From Octopus sinensis (lineage: Eukaryota), in NCBI RefSeq assembly GCF_006345805.1, contig NW_021835975.1, positions 1-64,000 of the forward strand: a stretch of 64,000 nt of DNA. Direction: 5' to 3'. Below the pieces are notes generated by a model, which saw only the letters and a program-made list of their open reading frames with translations, searched no databases and was not told the DNA's origin. The position numbers and the translations under genes were made by a program. Positions within the stretch are counted from its first letter, which is position 1, and each line of letters begins with the position of its first letter. Positions 11,201 through 28,299 of the stretch are shown here, piece by piece.

Positions 11201-14200
11201 ATTGATGTTTATGCTATGCACAGAACAGAACGAACACACTACAAACACAGAGCTGGTTGATGCTATGTCTAGCGGAACGAACACACGTACACAACAGATT
11301 GATGTTTATGCTATGTAGACGGAACGAACACACGTACACAGAGCTTGGTTGATGCTATGTCTACGAACGAACACCATACACAGAGCGTGGTTGATGCTAT
11401 GTCTACGGAACGAACACACGTACACAGACAGATTGATGTTTATGCTATGCAGACAGAACGAACACACATACACAGAGGTGGTGTGATGCTATGTCTACGG
11501 AACGAACACACGTACACAGACAGATTGATGTTTATGCTATGCAGACAGAACGAACACACATACACAGAGCGTGGTTGATGCTATGTCTACGGAACGAACA
11601 CACGTACACAGACAGATTGATGTTTATGCTATTCAGACAGAACGAACACACATACACAGAGCGTGGTTGATGCTATGTCTACGGAACGAACACACGTACA
11701 CAGGCAGTTGATGTTTATGCTATGCAGACAAACGAACACACGTACACAGAGCGTGGTTGATGCTATGTCTACGGAACGAACACACGTACACAGACAGATT
11801 GATGTTTATGCTATGCAGACAGAACGAACACACGTACACAGAGCGTGGTTGATGCTATGTCTACGGAACGAACACACGTACACAGACAAGTTGATGTTTA
11901 TGCTATGTAGACGGAACGAACACACGTACACAGAGCTGGTTGATGCTATGTCTACGGAACGAACACACATACACAGAGCGTGGTTGATGCTATGTCTAGG
12001 AACGAACACACGTACACAGACAGATTGATGTTTATGCTATGCAGACAGAACGAACACCATACACAGAGTGTGGTTGATGCTATGTCTACGGAACGAACAC
12101 ACGTACACAGACAGATTGATGTTTATGCTATGCAGACAGAACGAACACACATACACAGAGCGTGGTTGATGCTATGTCTACGGAACGAACACACGTACAC
12201 AGACAGATTGATGTTTATGCTATTCAGACAGAACGAACACATATACACAGAGCGTGGTTGATGCTATGTAGACGGAACGAACACACGTACACAGGCAGAT
12301 TGATGTTTATGCTATGCAGACAGAACGAACACACGTACACAGAGCGTGGTTGATGCTATGTCTACGGAACGAACACACGTACACAGACAGATTGATGTTT
12401 ATGCTATGCAGACAGAAGAACACACATACACAGAGCGGTTTTGATGCTATGTCTACGGAACGAACACACGTACACAGACAGATTGATGTTTATGCTATGC
12501 AGACAGAACGAACACACTACACAGAGCGTGGTTGCTGCTATGTCTACGAACGAACACACGTACACAGACAGATGATGTTTATGCTATGCAGACAGAACGA
12601 ACACACATACACAACGTGGTTGATGCTATGTCTACGGAACGAACACACGTACACAGACAGATTGATGTTTATGCTATGCAGACAGAACGAACACACATAC
12701 ACAGAGCGTGGTTGATGCTATGTCTACGGAACGAACACACGTCCACAGACAGATTGATGTTTATGCTATGCAGACAGAACGAACACACATACACAGAGCG
12801 TGGTTGATGCTATGTCTACGGAACGAACACACGTCCACAGACAGATTGATGTTTATGCTATGCAGACAGAACGAACACACATACACAGAGCGTGGTTGAT
12901 GCTATGTCTACGGAACGAACACACGTACACAGACAGATTGATGTTTATGCTATGCAGACAGAACGAACACACATACACAGAGCGTGGTTGATGCTATGTC
13001 TACGGAACGAACACACGTACACAGACAGATTGATGTTTATGCTATGCAGACAGAACGAACACACATACACAGAGCGTGGTTGATGCTATGTCTACGGAAC
13101 GAACACACGTACACAGACAGATTGATGTTTATGCTATGCAGACAGAACGAACACACATACACAGAGCGTGGTTGATGCTATGTCTACGGACGAACACACG
13201 TACACAGACAGATTGATGTTTATGCTATGCAGACAGAACGAACACACATACACAGAGCGTGGTTGATGCTATGTCTACGGAACGAACACACGTACACAGA
13301 CAGATTGATGTTTATGCTATGCAGACAGAACGAACACACATACACAGAGCGTGGTTGATGCTATGTCTACGGAACGAACACACGTACACAGACAGATTGA
13401 TGTTTATGCTATGCAGACGGAACGAACACACATACACAGAGCGTGGTTGATGCTATGTCTACGGAACGAACACACGTACACAGACAGATTGATGTTTATG
13501 CTATGCAGACGGAACGAACACACATACACAGAGCGTGGTTGATGCTATGTCTACGGAACGAACACACGTACACAGACAGATTGATGTTTATGCTATGCAG
13601 ACAGAACGAACACACATACACAGAGCGTGGTTGATGCTATGTAGACGGAACGAACACACGTACACAGACAGATTGATGTTTATGCTATGCAGACAGAACG
13701 AACACTCACACACAGAGCGTGGTTGATGCTATGTCTACGGAACGAACACACGTACACAGACAGATTGATGTTTATGCTATGCAGACGGAACGAACACACA
13801 TACACAGAGCGTGGTTGATGCTATGTCTACGGAACGAACACACGTACACAGACAGATTGATGTTTATGCTATGCAGACAGAACGAACACACATACACAGA
13901 GCGTGGTTGATGCTATGTCTACGGAACGAACACACGTACACAGACAGATTGATGTTTATGCTATGCAGACGGAACGAACACACATACACAGAGCGTGGTT
14001 GATGCTATGTCTACGGAACGAACACACGTACACAGACAGATTGATGTTTATGCTATGCAGACAGAACGAACACACATACACAGAGCGTGGTTGATGCTAT
14101 GTCTACGGAACGAACACACGTACACAGACAGATTGATGTTATGCTATGCAGACGGAACGAACACACATACACAGAGCGTGGTTGATGCTATGTCTACGGA

Positions 14201-17200
14201 ACGAACACACGTACACAGACAGATTGATGTTTATGCTATGCAGACGGAACGAACACACATACACAGAGCGTGGTTGATGCTATGTCTACGGAACGAACAC
14301 ACGTACACAGACAGATTGATGTTTATGCTATGCAGACAGAACGAACACACATACACAGAGCGTGGTTGATGCTATGTAGACGGAACGAACACACGTACAC
14401 AGACAGATTGATGTTTATGCTATGCAGACAACGAACACACATACACAGAGCGTGGTTGATGCTATGTACGGAACGAACACACGTACACAGACAGATTGAT
14501 GTTTATGCTATGCAGACAGAACGAACACACATACACAGAGCGTGGTTGATGCTATGTCTACGGAACGAACACACGTACACAGACAGATTGATGTTTATGC
14601 TGCTATGCAGACCGAACACACATACACAGAGCAAGGTTGATGCTATGTCTACGGAACGAACACACGTACACAGACAGATTGATGTTTATGCTATGCAGAC
14701 AGAACGAACACACATACACAGAGCGTGGTTGATGCTATGTCTACGGAACGAACACACGTACACAGACAGATTGATGTTTATGCTATGCAGACGGAACGAA
14801 CACACATACACATAGCGTGGTTGATGCTATGACTACGGAACGAACACACGTACACTGACAGATTGATGTTTATGCTATGCAGACAGAAGGAACACACATA
14901 CACAGAGCGTGGTTGATGCTATGTCTACGGAACGAACACACGTACACAGACAGATTGATGTTTATGCTATTCAGACAGAACGAACACACATACACAGAGC
15001 GTGGTTGATGCTATGTCTACGGAACGAACACACGTACACAGACAGATTGATGTTTATGCTATGTAGACGGAACGAACACACGTACACAGAGCTTGGTTGA
15101 TGCTATGTCTACGAACGAACACACATACACAGAGCGTGGTTGATGCTATGTCTACGGAACGAACACACGTACACAGACAGATTGATGTTATGCTATGCAG
15201 ACAACGAACACACATACACAGAGCGTGGTTGATGCTATGTAGACGGAACGAACACACGTACACAGACAGATTGATGTTTATGCTATGCAGACAGAACGAA
15301 CACACATACACAGAGCGTGGTTGATGCTATGTCTACGGAACGAACACACGTACACAGACAGATTGATGTTTATGCTATGCAGACAGAACGAACACACGTA
15401 CACAGAGCGTGGTTGATGCTATGTCTACGGAACGAACACACGTACACAGACAGATTGATGTTTATGCTATGCAGACAGAACGAACACACATACACAAAGC
15501 GTGGTTGATGCTATGTCTACGGAACGAACACACGTACACAGACAGATTGATGTTTATGCTATGCAGACAGACGACAGAACGAACACACATACACAAAGCG
15601 TTGGTTGATGCTATGTCTACGGAACGAACACACGTACACAGACAGATTGATGTTTATGCTATGCAGACAGAACGAACACACATACACAGAGCGTGGTTGA
15701 TGCTATGTCTACGGAACGAACACACGTACACAGACAGATTGATGTTTATGCTATGCAGACAGAACGAACACACGTACACAGAGCGAGGTTGATGCTATGT
15801 CTACGGAACGAACACACGTACACAGACAGATTGATGTTTATGCTATGCAGACAGAACGAACACACATACACAAAGCGTGTTGATGCTATGTCTACGGAAC
15901 GAACACACGTACACAGACAGATTGATGTTTATGCTATGCAGACAGAACGAACACACATACACAAAGCGTTGTTGATGCTGTCTACGGAACGAACACACGT
16001 ACACAGACAGATTGATGTTTATGCTATGCAGACAGAACGAACACACATACACAGAGCGTGGTTGATGCTATGTCTACGGAACGAACACACGTACACAGAC
16101 AGATTGATGTTTATGCTATGCAGACGGAACGAACACACATACACAGAGCGTTGTTGATGCTATGTCTACGGAACGAACACACGTACACAGACAGATTGAT
16201 GTTTATGCTATGCAGACAGAACGAACACACATACACAGAGCGTTGTTGATGCTATGTCTACGGAACGAACACACGTACACAGACAGATTGATGTTTATGC
16301 TATGTAGACAGAACGAACACACATACACAAAGCGTTGTTGATGCTATGTCTACGGAACGAACACACGTACACAGACAGATTGATGTTTATGCTATGCAGA
16401 CAGAACGAACACACATACACAGAGCGTTGTTGATGCTATGTCTACGGAACGAACACACGTACACAGACAGATTGATGTTTATGCTATGTAGACAGAACGA
16501 ACACACATACACAAAGCGTTGTTGATGCTATGTCTACGGAACGAACACACGTACACAGACAGATTGATGTTTATGCTATGCAGACAGAACGAACACACAT
16601 ACACAGAGCGTTTTGATGCTATGTCTACGGAACGAACACACGTACACAGACAGATTGATGTTTATGCTATGCAGACAGAACGAACACACATACACAAAGC
16701 GTTGTTGATGCTATGTCTCTACGGAACGAACACACGTACACAGACAGATTGATGTTTATGCTATGCAGACAGAACGAACACACATACACAGAGCGTGTTG
16801 ATGCTATGTCTACGGAACGAACACACGTACACAGACAGATTGATGTTTATGCTATGCAGACAGAACGAACACACATACACAAAGCGTTGTTGATGCTATG
16901 TCTCTACGGAACGAACACACGTACACAGACAGATTGATGTTTATGCTATGCAGACAGAACGACACACATACACAGAGCGTGGTTGATGCTATGTCTACGG
17001 AACGAACACACGTACACAGACAGATTGATGTTTATGCTATGCAGACAGAACGACACACATACACAGAGCGTGGTTGATGCTATGTCTACGGAACGAAACA
17101 ACACATACACAGAGCGTGGTTGATGCTATGTCTACGGAACGAACACACGTACACAGAGCGTGGTTGATGCTATGTCTACGGAACGAACACACATACACAG

Positions 17201-20200
17201 AGCGTGGTTGATGCTATGTCTACGGAACGAACACACGTACACAGAGCGTGGTTGATGCTATGTCTACGGAACGAACACACGTACACAGAGCGTGGTTGAT
17301 GCTATGTCTACGGAACGAACACACATACACAGAGCGTGGTTGATGCTATGTCTACGGAACGAACACACGTACACACAGAGCGTGGTTGATGCTATGTCTA
17401 CGGAACGAACACACGTACACAGACAGATTGATGTTTATGCTATGCAGACAGAACGAACACACATACACACAGAGCGTGGTTGATGCTATGTCTACGGAAC
17501 GAACACACGAACACAGACAGATTGATGTTTATGCTATGCAGACAGAACGAACACACATACACAGAGCGTGGTTGATGCTATGTCTACGGAACGAACACAC
17601 GTACACAGACAGATTCATGTTTATGCTATGCAGACAGAACGAACACACATACAGAGCGTGGTTGATGCTATGTCTACGGAACGAACACACGTACACAGAC
17701 AGATTGATGTTTATGCTATGCAGACAGAACGAACACACATACACAGATCGTGGTTGATGCTATGTCTACGAACGAACACACGTACACAGACAGATTGATG
17801 TTTATGCTATGCAGACAGAACGAACACACATACACAGAGCGTGGTTGATGCTATGTCTACGGAACGAACACACGTACACAGACAGATTGATGTTTATGCT
17901 ATGCAGACAGAACGAACACACATACACAGATCGTGGTTGATGCTATGTCTACTGAACGAACACACGTACACAGACAGATTGATGTTTATGCTATGCAGAC
18001 AGAACGAACACACATACACAGAGCGTGGTTGATGCTATGTCTACGGAACGAACACACGTACACAGACAGATTGATGTTTATGCTATGCAGACAGAACGAA
18101 CACACATACACAGAGCGTGGTTGATGCTATGTCTACGGAACGAACACACGAACACAGACAGATTGATGTTTATGCTATGCAGACAGAACGAACACACATA
18201 CACAGAGCGTGGTTGATGCTATGTCTACGGAACGAACAACGTACACAGACAGATTGATGTTTATGCTATGCAGACAGAACGAACACACATACACAGAGCG
18301 TGGCTGATGCTATGTCTACGGAACGAACACACGTACACAGACAGATTGATGTTTATGCTATGCAGACGGAACGAACACACATACACAGAGCGTGGTTGAT
18401 GCTATGTCTACGGAACGAACACACGAACACAGACAGATTGATGTTTATGCTATGCAGACAGAACGAACACACATACACAGAGCGTGGTTGATGCTATGTC
18501 TACGGAACGAACACACGAACACAGACAGATTGATGTTTATGCTATGCAGACGGAACGAACACACATACACAGAGCGTGGTTGATGCTATGTCTACGGAAC
18601 GAACACACGTACACAGACAGATTGATGTTTATGCTATGCAGACGGAACGAACACACATACACAGAGCGTGGTTGATGCTATGTCTACGGAACGAACACAC
18701 GTACACAGACAGATTGATGTTTATGCTATGCAGACGGAACGAACACACATACACAGAGCGTGGTTGATGCTATGTCTACGGAACGAACACACGTACACAG
18801 ACAGATTGATGTTTATGCTATGCAGACGGAACGAACACACATACACAGAGCGTGGTTGATGCTATGTCTACGGAACGAACACACGTACACAGACAGATTG
18901 ATGTTTATGCTATGCAGACGGAACGAACACACATACACAGAGCGTGGTTGATGCTATGTCTACGGAACGAACACACGTACACAGACAGATTGATGTTTAT
19001 GCTATGCAGACGGAACGAACACACATACACAGAGCGTGGTTGATGCTATGTCTACGGAACGAACACACGTACACAGACAGATTGATGTTTATGCTATGCA
19101 GACGGAACGAACACATATACACAGAGCGTGGTTGATGCTATGTCTACGGAACGAACACACGTACACAGACAGATTGATGTTTATGCTATGCAGACGGAAC
19201 GAACACACATACACAGAGCGTGGTTGATGCTATGTCTACGGAACGAACACACGTACACAGACAGATTGATGTTTATGCTATGCAGACGGAACGAACGCAC
19301 ATACACAGAGCGTGGTTGATGCTATGTCTACGGAACGAACACACGTACACAGACAGATTGATGTTTATGCTATGCAGACGGAACGAACACACATACACAG
19401 AGCGTGGTTGATGCTATGTCTACGGAACGAACACACGTACACAGACAGATTGATGTTTATGCTATGCAGACAGAACGAACACACATACACAGAGCGTTGT
19501 TGATGCTATGTAGACGGAACGAACACACGTACACAGACAGATTGATGTTTATGCTATGCAGACGGAACAAACACACATACACAGAGCGTGGTTGATGCTA
19601 TGTAGACGGAACGAACACACGTACACAGACAGATTGATGTTTATGCTATGCAGACAGAACGAACACACATACACAGAGCGAGGTTGATGCTATGTCTACG
19701 GAACGAACACACGTACACAGACAGATTGATGTTTATGCTATGCAGACGGAACGAACGCACATACACAGAGCGTGGTTGATGCTATGTCTACGGAACGAAC
19801 ACACGTACACAGACAGATTGATGTTTATGCTATGCAGACAGAGACAGAACGAACACACATACACAGAGCGGGGTTGATGCTATGTCTACGGAACGAACAC
19901 ACGTACACAGACAGATTGATGTTTATGCTATGCAGACAGAACGAACACACATACACAGAGCGTGGTTGATGCTATGTCTACGGAACGAACACACGTACAC
20001 AGACAGATTGATGTTTATGCTATGCAGACAGAACGAACACACATACACAGAGCGTGGTTGATGCTATGTAAACGGAACGAACACACGTACACAGACAGAT
20101 TGATGTTTATGCTATGCAGACAGAACGACCACACATACACAGAGCGTGGTTGATGCTATGTCACGGAACGAACACACGTACACAGACAGATTGATGTTTA

Positions 20201-23200
20201 TGCTATGTAGACAGAACGAACACACATACACAGAGCGTGGTTGATGCTATGTCTACGGAACGAACACACGTACACAGACAGATTGATGTTTATGCTATGC
20301 AGACGAACGAACACACATACACAGAGCGTGGTTGATGCTATGTCTACGGAACGAACACACGTACACAGACAGATTGATGTTTATGCTATGCAGACGGAAC
20401 GAACACACATACACAGAGCGTGGTTGATGCTATGTCAACGGAACGAACACACGTACACAGACAGATTGATGTTTATGCTATGCAGACGGAACGAACACAC
20501 ATACACAGAGCGTGGTTGATGCTATGTCTACGGAACGAACACACGTACACACAGATTGATGTTTATGCTATGCAGACGGAACGAACACACATACACAGAG
20601 CGTGGTTGATGCTATGTCTACGGAACGAACACACGTACACAGACAGATTGATGTTTATGCTATGCAGACAGAACGAACACACACATACAGAGCGTGGTTG
20701 ATGCTATGTCTACGGAACGAACACACGTACACAGACAGATTGATGTTTATGCTATGTAGACAGAACGAACACACATACACAGAGCGTGGTTGATGCTATG
20801 TCTACGGAACGAACACACGTACACAGACAGATTGATGTTTATGCTATGCAGACGGAACGAACACACATACACAGAGCGTGGTTGATGCTATGTCTACGGA
20901 ACGAACACACGTACACAGACAGATTGATGTTTATGCTATGCAGACGGAACGAACACACATACACAGAGCGTGGTTGATGCTATGTCTACGGAACGAACAC
21001 ACGTACACAGACAGATTGATGTTTATGCTATGCAGACAGAACGAACACACATACACAGAGCGTGGTTGATGCTATGTCTACGGAACGAACACACGTACAC
21101 AGACAGATTGATGTTTATGCTATGCAGACAGAACGAACACACATACACAGAGCGTGGTTGATGCTATGTAAACGGAACGAACACACGTACACAGACAGAT
21201 TGATGTTTATGCTATGCAGACAGAACGAACACACATACACAGAGCGTGGTTGATGCTATGTCTACGGAACGAACACACGTACACAGACAGATTGATGTTT
21301 ATGCTATGCAGACAGAACGAACACATACACAGAGCGTGGTTGATGCTATGTCTACGGAACGAACACACGTACACAGACAGATTGATGTTATGCTATGCAG
21401 ACAGAACGAACACACATACACAGATCGTGGTTGATGCTATGTCTACGGAACGAACACACGTACACAGACAGATTGATGTTTATGCTATGCAGACAGAACG
21501 AACACACATACACAGAGCGTGGTTGATGCTATGTCTACGGAACGAACACACACACAGAGCGTGGTTGATGCTATGTCTACGGAACGAACACACGTACACA
21601 GAGCGTGGTTGATGCTATGTCTACGGAACGAAAACACACATACACAGAGCGTGGTTGATGCTATGTCTACGGAACGAACACACGTACAGAGAGCGTGGTT
21701 GATGCTGCTGTCTACGGAACGAACACAACAGTACACAGAGCGTGGTTGATGCTATGTCTACGGAACGAACACACATACACAGAGCGTGGTTGATGCTATG
21801 TCTACGGAACGAACACACGTACACAGAGCGTGGTTGATGCTATGTCTACGGAACGAACACACGTACACAGACAGATTGATGTTTATGCTATGCAGACAGA
21901 GAACGAACAACATACACACGAGCGTGGTTGATGCTATGTCTACGGAACGAACACACGTACACAGACAGATTGATGTTTATGCTATGCAGACAGAACGAAC
22001 ACACATACACAGAGCGTGGTTGATGCTATGTCTACGGAACGAACACACGTACACAGACAGATTGATGTTTATGCTATGTAGACAGAACGAACACACATAC
22101 ACAGAGCGTGGTTGATGCTATGTGTTACGGAACAACGAACACACGTACACAGACAGATGATGTTTATGCTATGCAGACAGAACGAACACACATACACAGA
22201 GCGTGGTTGATGCTATGTCTACGGAACGAACACACGTACACAGACAGATTGATGTTTATGCTATGCAGACAGAACGAACACACATACACAGATCGTGGTT
22301 GATGCTATGTCTACGGAACGAACACACGTACACAGACAGATTGATGTTTATGCTATCAGACAGAACGAACACACATACACAGAGCGTGGTGTGCTGATAT
22401 GTCTACGGAACGAACAACACGTAACAGACAGATTGATGTTTATGCTATGCAGACAGAACGAACACACATACACAGAGCGTGGTTGATGATGCTATGTCTG
22501 CGGAACGAACACACGTACACAGACAGATTGATGTTTATGCTATGCAGACAGAACGAACACACATACACAGAGCGTGGTTGATGCTATGTCTACGGAACGA
22601 ACACACGTACACAGACAGATTGATGTTTATGCTATGCAGACAGAACGAACACACATACACAGAGCGTGGTTGATGCTATGTCTACGGAACGAACACATAC
22701 ACAGAGCGTGGTTGATGCTATGTCTACGAACGAACACACGTACAAGACAGATTGATGTTTATGCTATGCAGACAGAACGAACACACATACACAGAGCGTG
22801 GTTGATGCTATGTCTACGGAACGAACACACGTACACAGACAGATTGATGTTTATGCTATGCAGACAGAACGAACACACATACACAGAGCGTTGTTGATGC
22901 TATGTCTACGGAACGAACACACGTACACAGACAGATTGATGTTTATGCTATGCAGACAGAACGAACACACAACACACAGAGCGTGGTTGATGCTATGTCT
23001 ACGGAACGAACACACGTACACAGACAGATTGATGTTTATGCTATGCAGACAGAACGAACACACATACACAGAGCGTGGTTGATGCTATGTCTACGGAACG
23101 AACACACGTACACAGACAGATTGATGTTTATGCTATGCAGACAGAACGAACACACATACACAGAGCGTGGTTGATGCTATGTCTACGGAACGAACACACG

Positions 23201-26200
23201 TACACAGACAGATTGATGTTTATGCTATGCAGACAGAACGAACACACATACACAAAGCGTGGTTGATGCTATGTCTACGGAACGAACACACGTACACAGA
23301 CAGATTGATGTTTATGCTATGCAGACAGAACGAACACACATACACAAAGCGTGGTTGATGCTATGTCTACGGAACGAACACACGTACACAGACAGATTGA
23401 TGTTTATGCTATGCAGACAGAACGAACACACATACACAAAGCGTTGTTGATGCTATGTCTACGGAACGAACACACGTACACAGACAGATTGATGTTTATG
23501 CTATGCAGACAGAACGAACACACATACACAGAGCGTGGTTGATGCTATGTCTACGGAACGAACACACGTACACAGACAGATTGTTTTATGCTATGCAGAC
23601 AGAACGAACACACATACACAAAGCGTGGTTGATGCTATGTCTACGGAACGAACACACGTACACAGACAGATTGATGTTTATGCTATGCAGACAGAACGAA
23701 CACACATACACAGAGCGTGGTTGATGCTATGTCTACGGAACGAACACACGTACACAGACAGATTGATGTTTATGCTATGCAGACAGAACGAACACACATA
23801 CACAGAGTGGTTGATGATGCTATGTCTACGGAACGAACACACGTACACAGACAGATTGATGTTTATGCTATGCAGACAGAACGAACACACATACACAGAG
23901 CGTGGTTGATGCTATGTCTACGGAACGAACACACGTACACAGACAGATTGATGTTTATGCTATTCAGACAGAACGAACACACATACACAGAGCGTGGTTG
24001 ATGCTATGTCTACGGAACGAACACACGTACACAGACAGATTGATGTTTATGCTATGCAGACAGAACGAACACACATACACAGAGCGTGGTTGATGCTATG
24101 TCTACGGAACGAACACACGTACACAGACAGATTGATGTTTATGCTATGCAGACGGAACGAACACACATACACAGAGCGTGGTTGATGCTATGTCTACGGA
24201 ACGAACACACGTACACAGACAGATTGATGTTTATGCTATGCAGACGAACGAACGCACATACACAGAGCGTGGTTGATGCTATGTCTACGGAACGAACACA
24301 CGAACACAGACAGATTGATGTTTATGCTATGCAGACGGAACGAACACACATACACAGAGCGTGGTTGATGCTATGTCTACGGAACGAACACACGTACACA
24401 GACAGATTGATGTTTATGCTATGCAGACGGAACGAACACACATACACAGAGCGTGGTTGATGCTATGTCTACGGAACGAACACACACTACACAGACAGAT
24501 TGATGTTTATGCTATGCAGACGGAACGAACACACATACACAGAGCGTGGTTGATGCTATGTCTACGGAACGAACACACGTACACAGACAGATTGATGTTT
24601 ATGCTATGCAGACGGAACGAACACACATACACAGAGCGTGGTTGATGCTATGTCTACGGAACGAACACACGTACACAGACAGATTGATGTTTATGCTATG
24701 CAGACACGAACGAACACACATACACAGAGCGTGGTTGATGCTATGTCTACGGAACGAACACACGTACACAGACAGATTGATGTTTATGCTATGCAGACGG
24801 AACGAACACACATACACAGAGCGTGGTTGATGCTATGTCTACGGAACGAACACACGTACACAGACAGATTGATGTTTATGCTATGCAGACGGAACGAACA
24901 CACATACACAGAGCGTGGTTGATGCTATGTCTACGGAACGAACACACGTACACAGACAGATTGATGTTTATGCTATGCAGACGGAACGAACACACATACA
25001 CAGAGCGTGGTTGATGCTATGTCTACGGAACGAACACACGTACACAGACAGATTGATGTTTATGCTATGCAGACGAACGAACACACATACACAGAGCGTG
25101 GTTGATGCTATGTCTACGGAACGAACACACGTACACAGACAGATTGATGTTTATGCTATGCAGACGAACGAACACATACACAGAGCGTGGTTGATGCTAT
25201 GTCTACGGAACGAACACACGTACACAGACAGATTGATGTTTATGCTATGCAGACGAACGAACACACATACACAGAGCGTGGTTGATGCTATGTCTACGGA
25301 ACGAACACACGTACACAGACAGATTGATGTTTATGCTATGCAGACGGAACGAACGCACATACACAGAGCGTGGTTGATGCTATGTCTACGGAACGAACAC
25401 ACGTACACAGACAGATTGATGTTTATGCTATGCAGACGGAACAAACACACATACACAGAGCGTGGTTGATGCTATGTCTACGGAACGAACACACGTACAC
25501 AGACAGATTGATGTTTATGCTATGCAGACGGAACGAACACACATACACAGAGCGTGGTTGATGCTATGTAGACGGAACGAACACACGTACACAGACAGAT
25601 TGATGTTTATGCTATGCAGACAGAACGAACACACATACACAGAGCGAGGTGATGCTATGTCTACGGAACGAACACACGTACACAGACAGATTGATGTTTA
25701 TCGCTATGCAGACGGAACGAACAGCACATACACAGAGCGTGGTTGATGCTATGTCTACGGAACGAACACACACGTACACAGACAGAATTGATGTTATGCT
25801 ATGCAGACGGAACAAACACACATACACAGAGCGTGGTTGATGCTATGTAGACGGAACGAACACACGTACACAGACAGAATGATGTTTATGCTATGCAGAC
25901 GGAACAAAAACACACATACACAGAGCGTGGTTGATGCTATGTCTACGGAACGAACACACGTACACAGACAGATTGATGTTTTGGCTATGCAGACAGAACG
26001 AACACACATACACAGAGCGTGGTTGATGCTATGTCTACGGAACGAACACACGTACACAGACAGATTGATGTTTATGCTATGCAGACAGAACGAACACATA
26101 CACAGAGCGTGGTTGATGCTATGTCACGGAACGAACACACGTACACAGACAGATTGATGTTTATGCTATGCAACAGAACGAACACACATACACAGACGTT

Positions 26201-27233
26201 GTTGATGCTATGTCAACGGAACGAACACACGTACACAGACAGATTGATGTTTATGCTATGTCAACGGAACGAACACACGTACACAGACAGATTGATTTTA
26301 TGCTATGTCAACGGAACGAACACACGTACACAGACAGATTGGTGTTTATGCTATGTCAACGGAACGAACACACGTACACAGACAGATTGATGTTTGCTAT
26401 GTCAACGGAACGAACACACGTACACAGACAGATTGGTGTTTGTGCTATGCAGACAGAACGAACACACATACACAGAGCGTGGTTGATGCTATGTCTACGG
26501 AACGAACACACGTACACAGACAGATTGATGTTTATGCTATGTCAACGGAACGAACACACGTACACAGAAGATTGGTGTTTATGCTATGTCAACGGAACGA
26601 ACACACGTACACACAGATTGGTGTTTATATGCTATGTCAACGGAACGAACACACGTACACAGACAGATTGATGTTTATGCTATGTCACGGAACGAACACA
26701 CGTACACAGACAGATTGGTGTTTGTGCTATGCAGACAGAACGAACACACATACACAGAGCGTGGTTGATGCTATGTCTACGGAACGAACACACGTACACA
26801 GACAGATTGATGTTTATGCTATGTCACGGAACGAACACACGTACACAGACAGATGGTGTTATGCTATGTCAACGGAACGAACACACGTACACAGACAGAT
26901 TGGTGTTTATGCTATGTCAACGGAACGAACACACGTACACAGACAGATTGATGTTTATGCTATGTCAACGGAACGAACACACGTACACAGACAGATTGGT
27001 GTTTGTGCTATGCAGACAGAACGAACACACATACACAGAGCGTGGTTGATGCTATGTCTACGGAACGAACACACGTACACAGACAGATTGATGTTTATGC
27101 TATGTCAACGGAACGAACACACGTACACAGACAGATTGGTGTTTATGCTATGTCAACGGAACGAACACACGTACACAGACAGATTGATGTTTGTGCTATG
27201 CAGACAGAACGAACACACATACACAGAGCGTGG
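8229..27233 (+). repeat. ~19-kb satellite, 92-bp unit (about 200 units by length)
   Basis: Unit GTGGTTGATGCTATGTCTACGGAACGAACACACGTACACAGAC + AGATTGATGTTTATGCTATGCAGACAGAACGAACACACATACACAGAGC (43+49); 92-bp periodicity also visible in the ORF track. Confidence 0.98.
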
Positions 27234-28299
27234 TCGGCAAGGTCGAGTATTCTCCCTTTGACCAGTCCCGCGAGCATGTCCGTTAGGAGCTGAGTGACGA
27301 ATGCTGTCCTCCCTGCTCTGCTCTCTCTATCATTCCTATCCACCCTCCCTCCTTCTATGTACCCATGTACTCCCTAGTCTCTGCCTCCGCTACCTACTCG
27401 CGTTCCCTTGGCAACGTCCTGCCACTTATATCGTAGCCTCCCTCTACCTCGTCGCTATTCCCCTGTCACATGCTGCCTTTTATCTCTCTCTGTCTTTCTT
27501 TCTTACTCTATCACCCTTTCTATGTTCTGCCCTCCCCTGGCACTTCACCATCATCGTTCTCCTGCTCTCTCTAGCACTCTCTCTCTTCCTCTTTTTCCCC
27601 TCCTCTTTCTCTCTAACCATGCATCTCCTCTACTGCAACACACTTGCTTTCGTTCTCTCTCCCTCCCACTCCCCCTTTCATCTTTCATTTTCTCTCTCTC
27701 CGTCTGCGTTTCCCCATCGCTCCCTCTGTCTCTCGCCATCTCGCCCTCTCCACTCTTTTCTCCCTCACTCTCTCTCCGTCTTCCCTCTCATTCTATTTCT
27801 CCTCTCTCTCACTCTCCCTCCCCCTCTCTTTCTCTTCTCCTCTCTCCCTCCCTCTTTCTCTCTCTGCCTCTGCTCTTTCACTCCATCCCTCTCATTCACT
27901 TTCTTACCCTCTCTCCCTCTCTCTCTCCCACCCTCTCTCTCTCCCACCCTCTCTATCTTTCACCCTCTCTCTCATCTTACTTCCACCCTCCCCTTCTCCC
28001 TCCCTTCATATCTTACACCCTCTCCCCCTCCCTCCTTCTCCCTTTTTTCCTCTCTCTCTCACCTTCACTCTCTCTGAATGAGTAACCTTTCACCCCGCCA
28101 CAGCGAGACACCTGTTTCTGCCTTTCTATCTCACTCTAACCTTTCCTCATCCGACACAAGATCCCCTCCTCCAATGTCCCCTCCCCCTCACAGAATTCCT
28201 TGTCTTCCAACTTATTTGGTGACCCTGCCGGTGCTGGTGCCACATAAAAACCACTCAGTCCATTCTGCTGAGTGGTTGGCGTTAGGAAAGTTTTATCAA

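Noticed and set aside
8229-27233. CRISPR-like array
   Set aside because: No unique spacers, no cas genes, eukaryotic context.
8229-27233. Satellite unit as a degenerate hammerhead (TTGATG...GAAC)
   Set aside because: Lacks CUGANGA and GAAA, and no stem II/III pairing on either strand.
8205-27293. Many ORFs such as MVDAMSTERTHVHRQIDVYAMQ
   Set aside because: Translations of the satellite; the 92-bp unit is not a multiple of 3 and frames end every two units.
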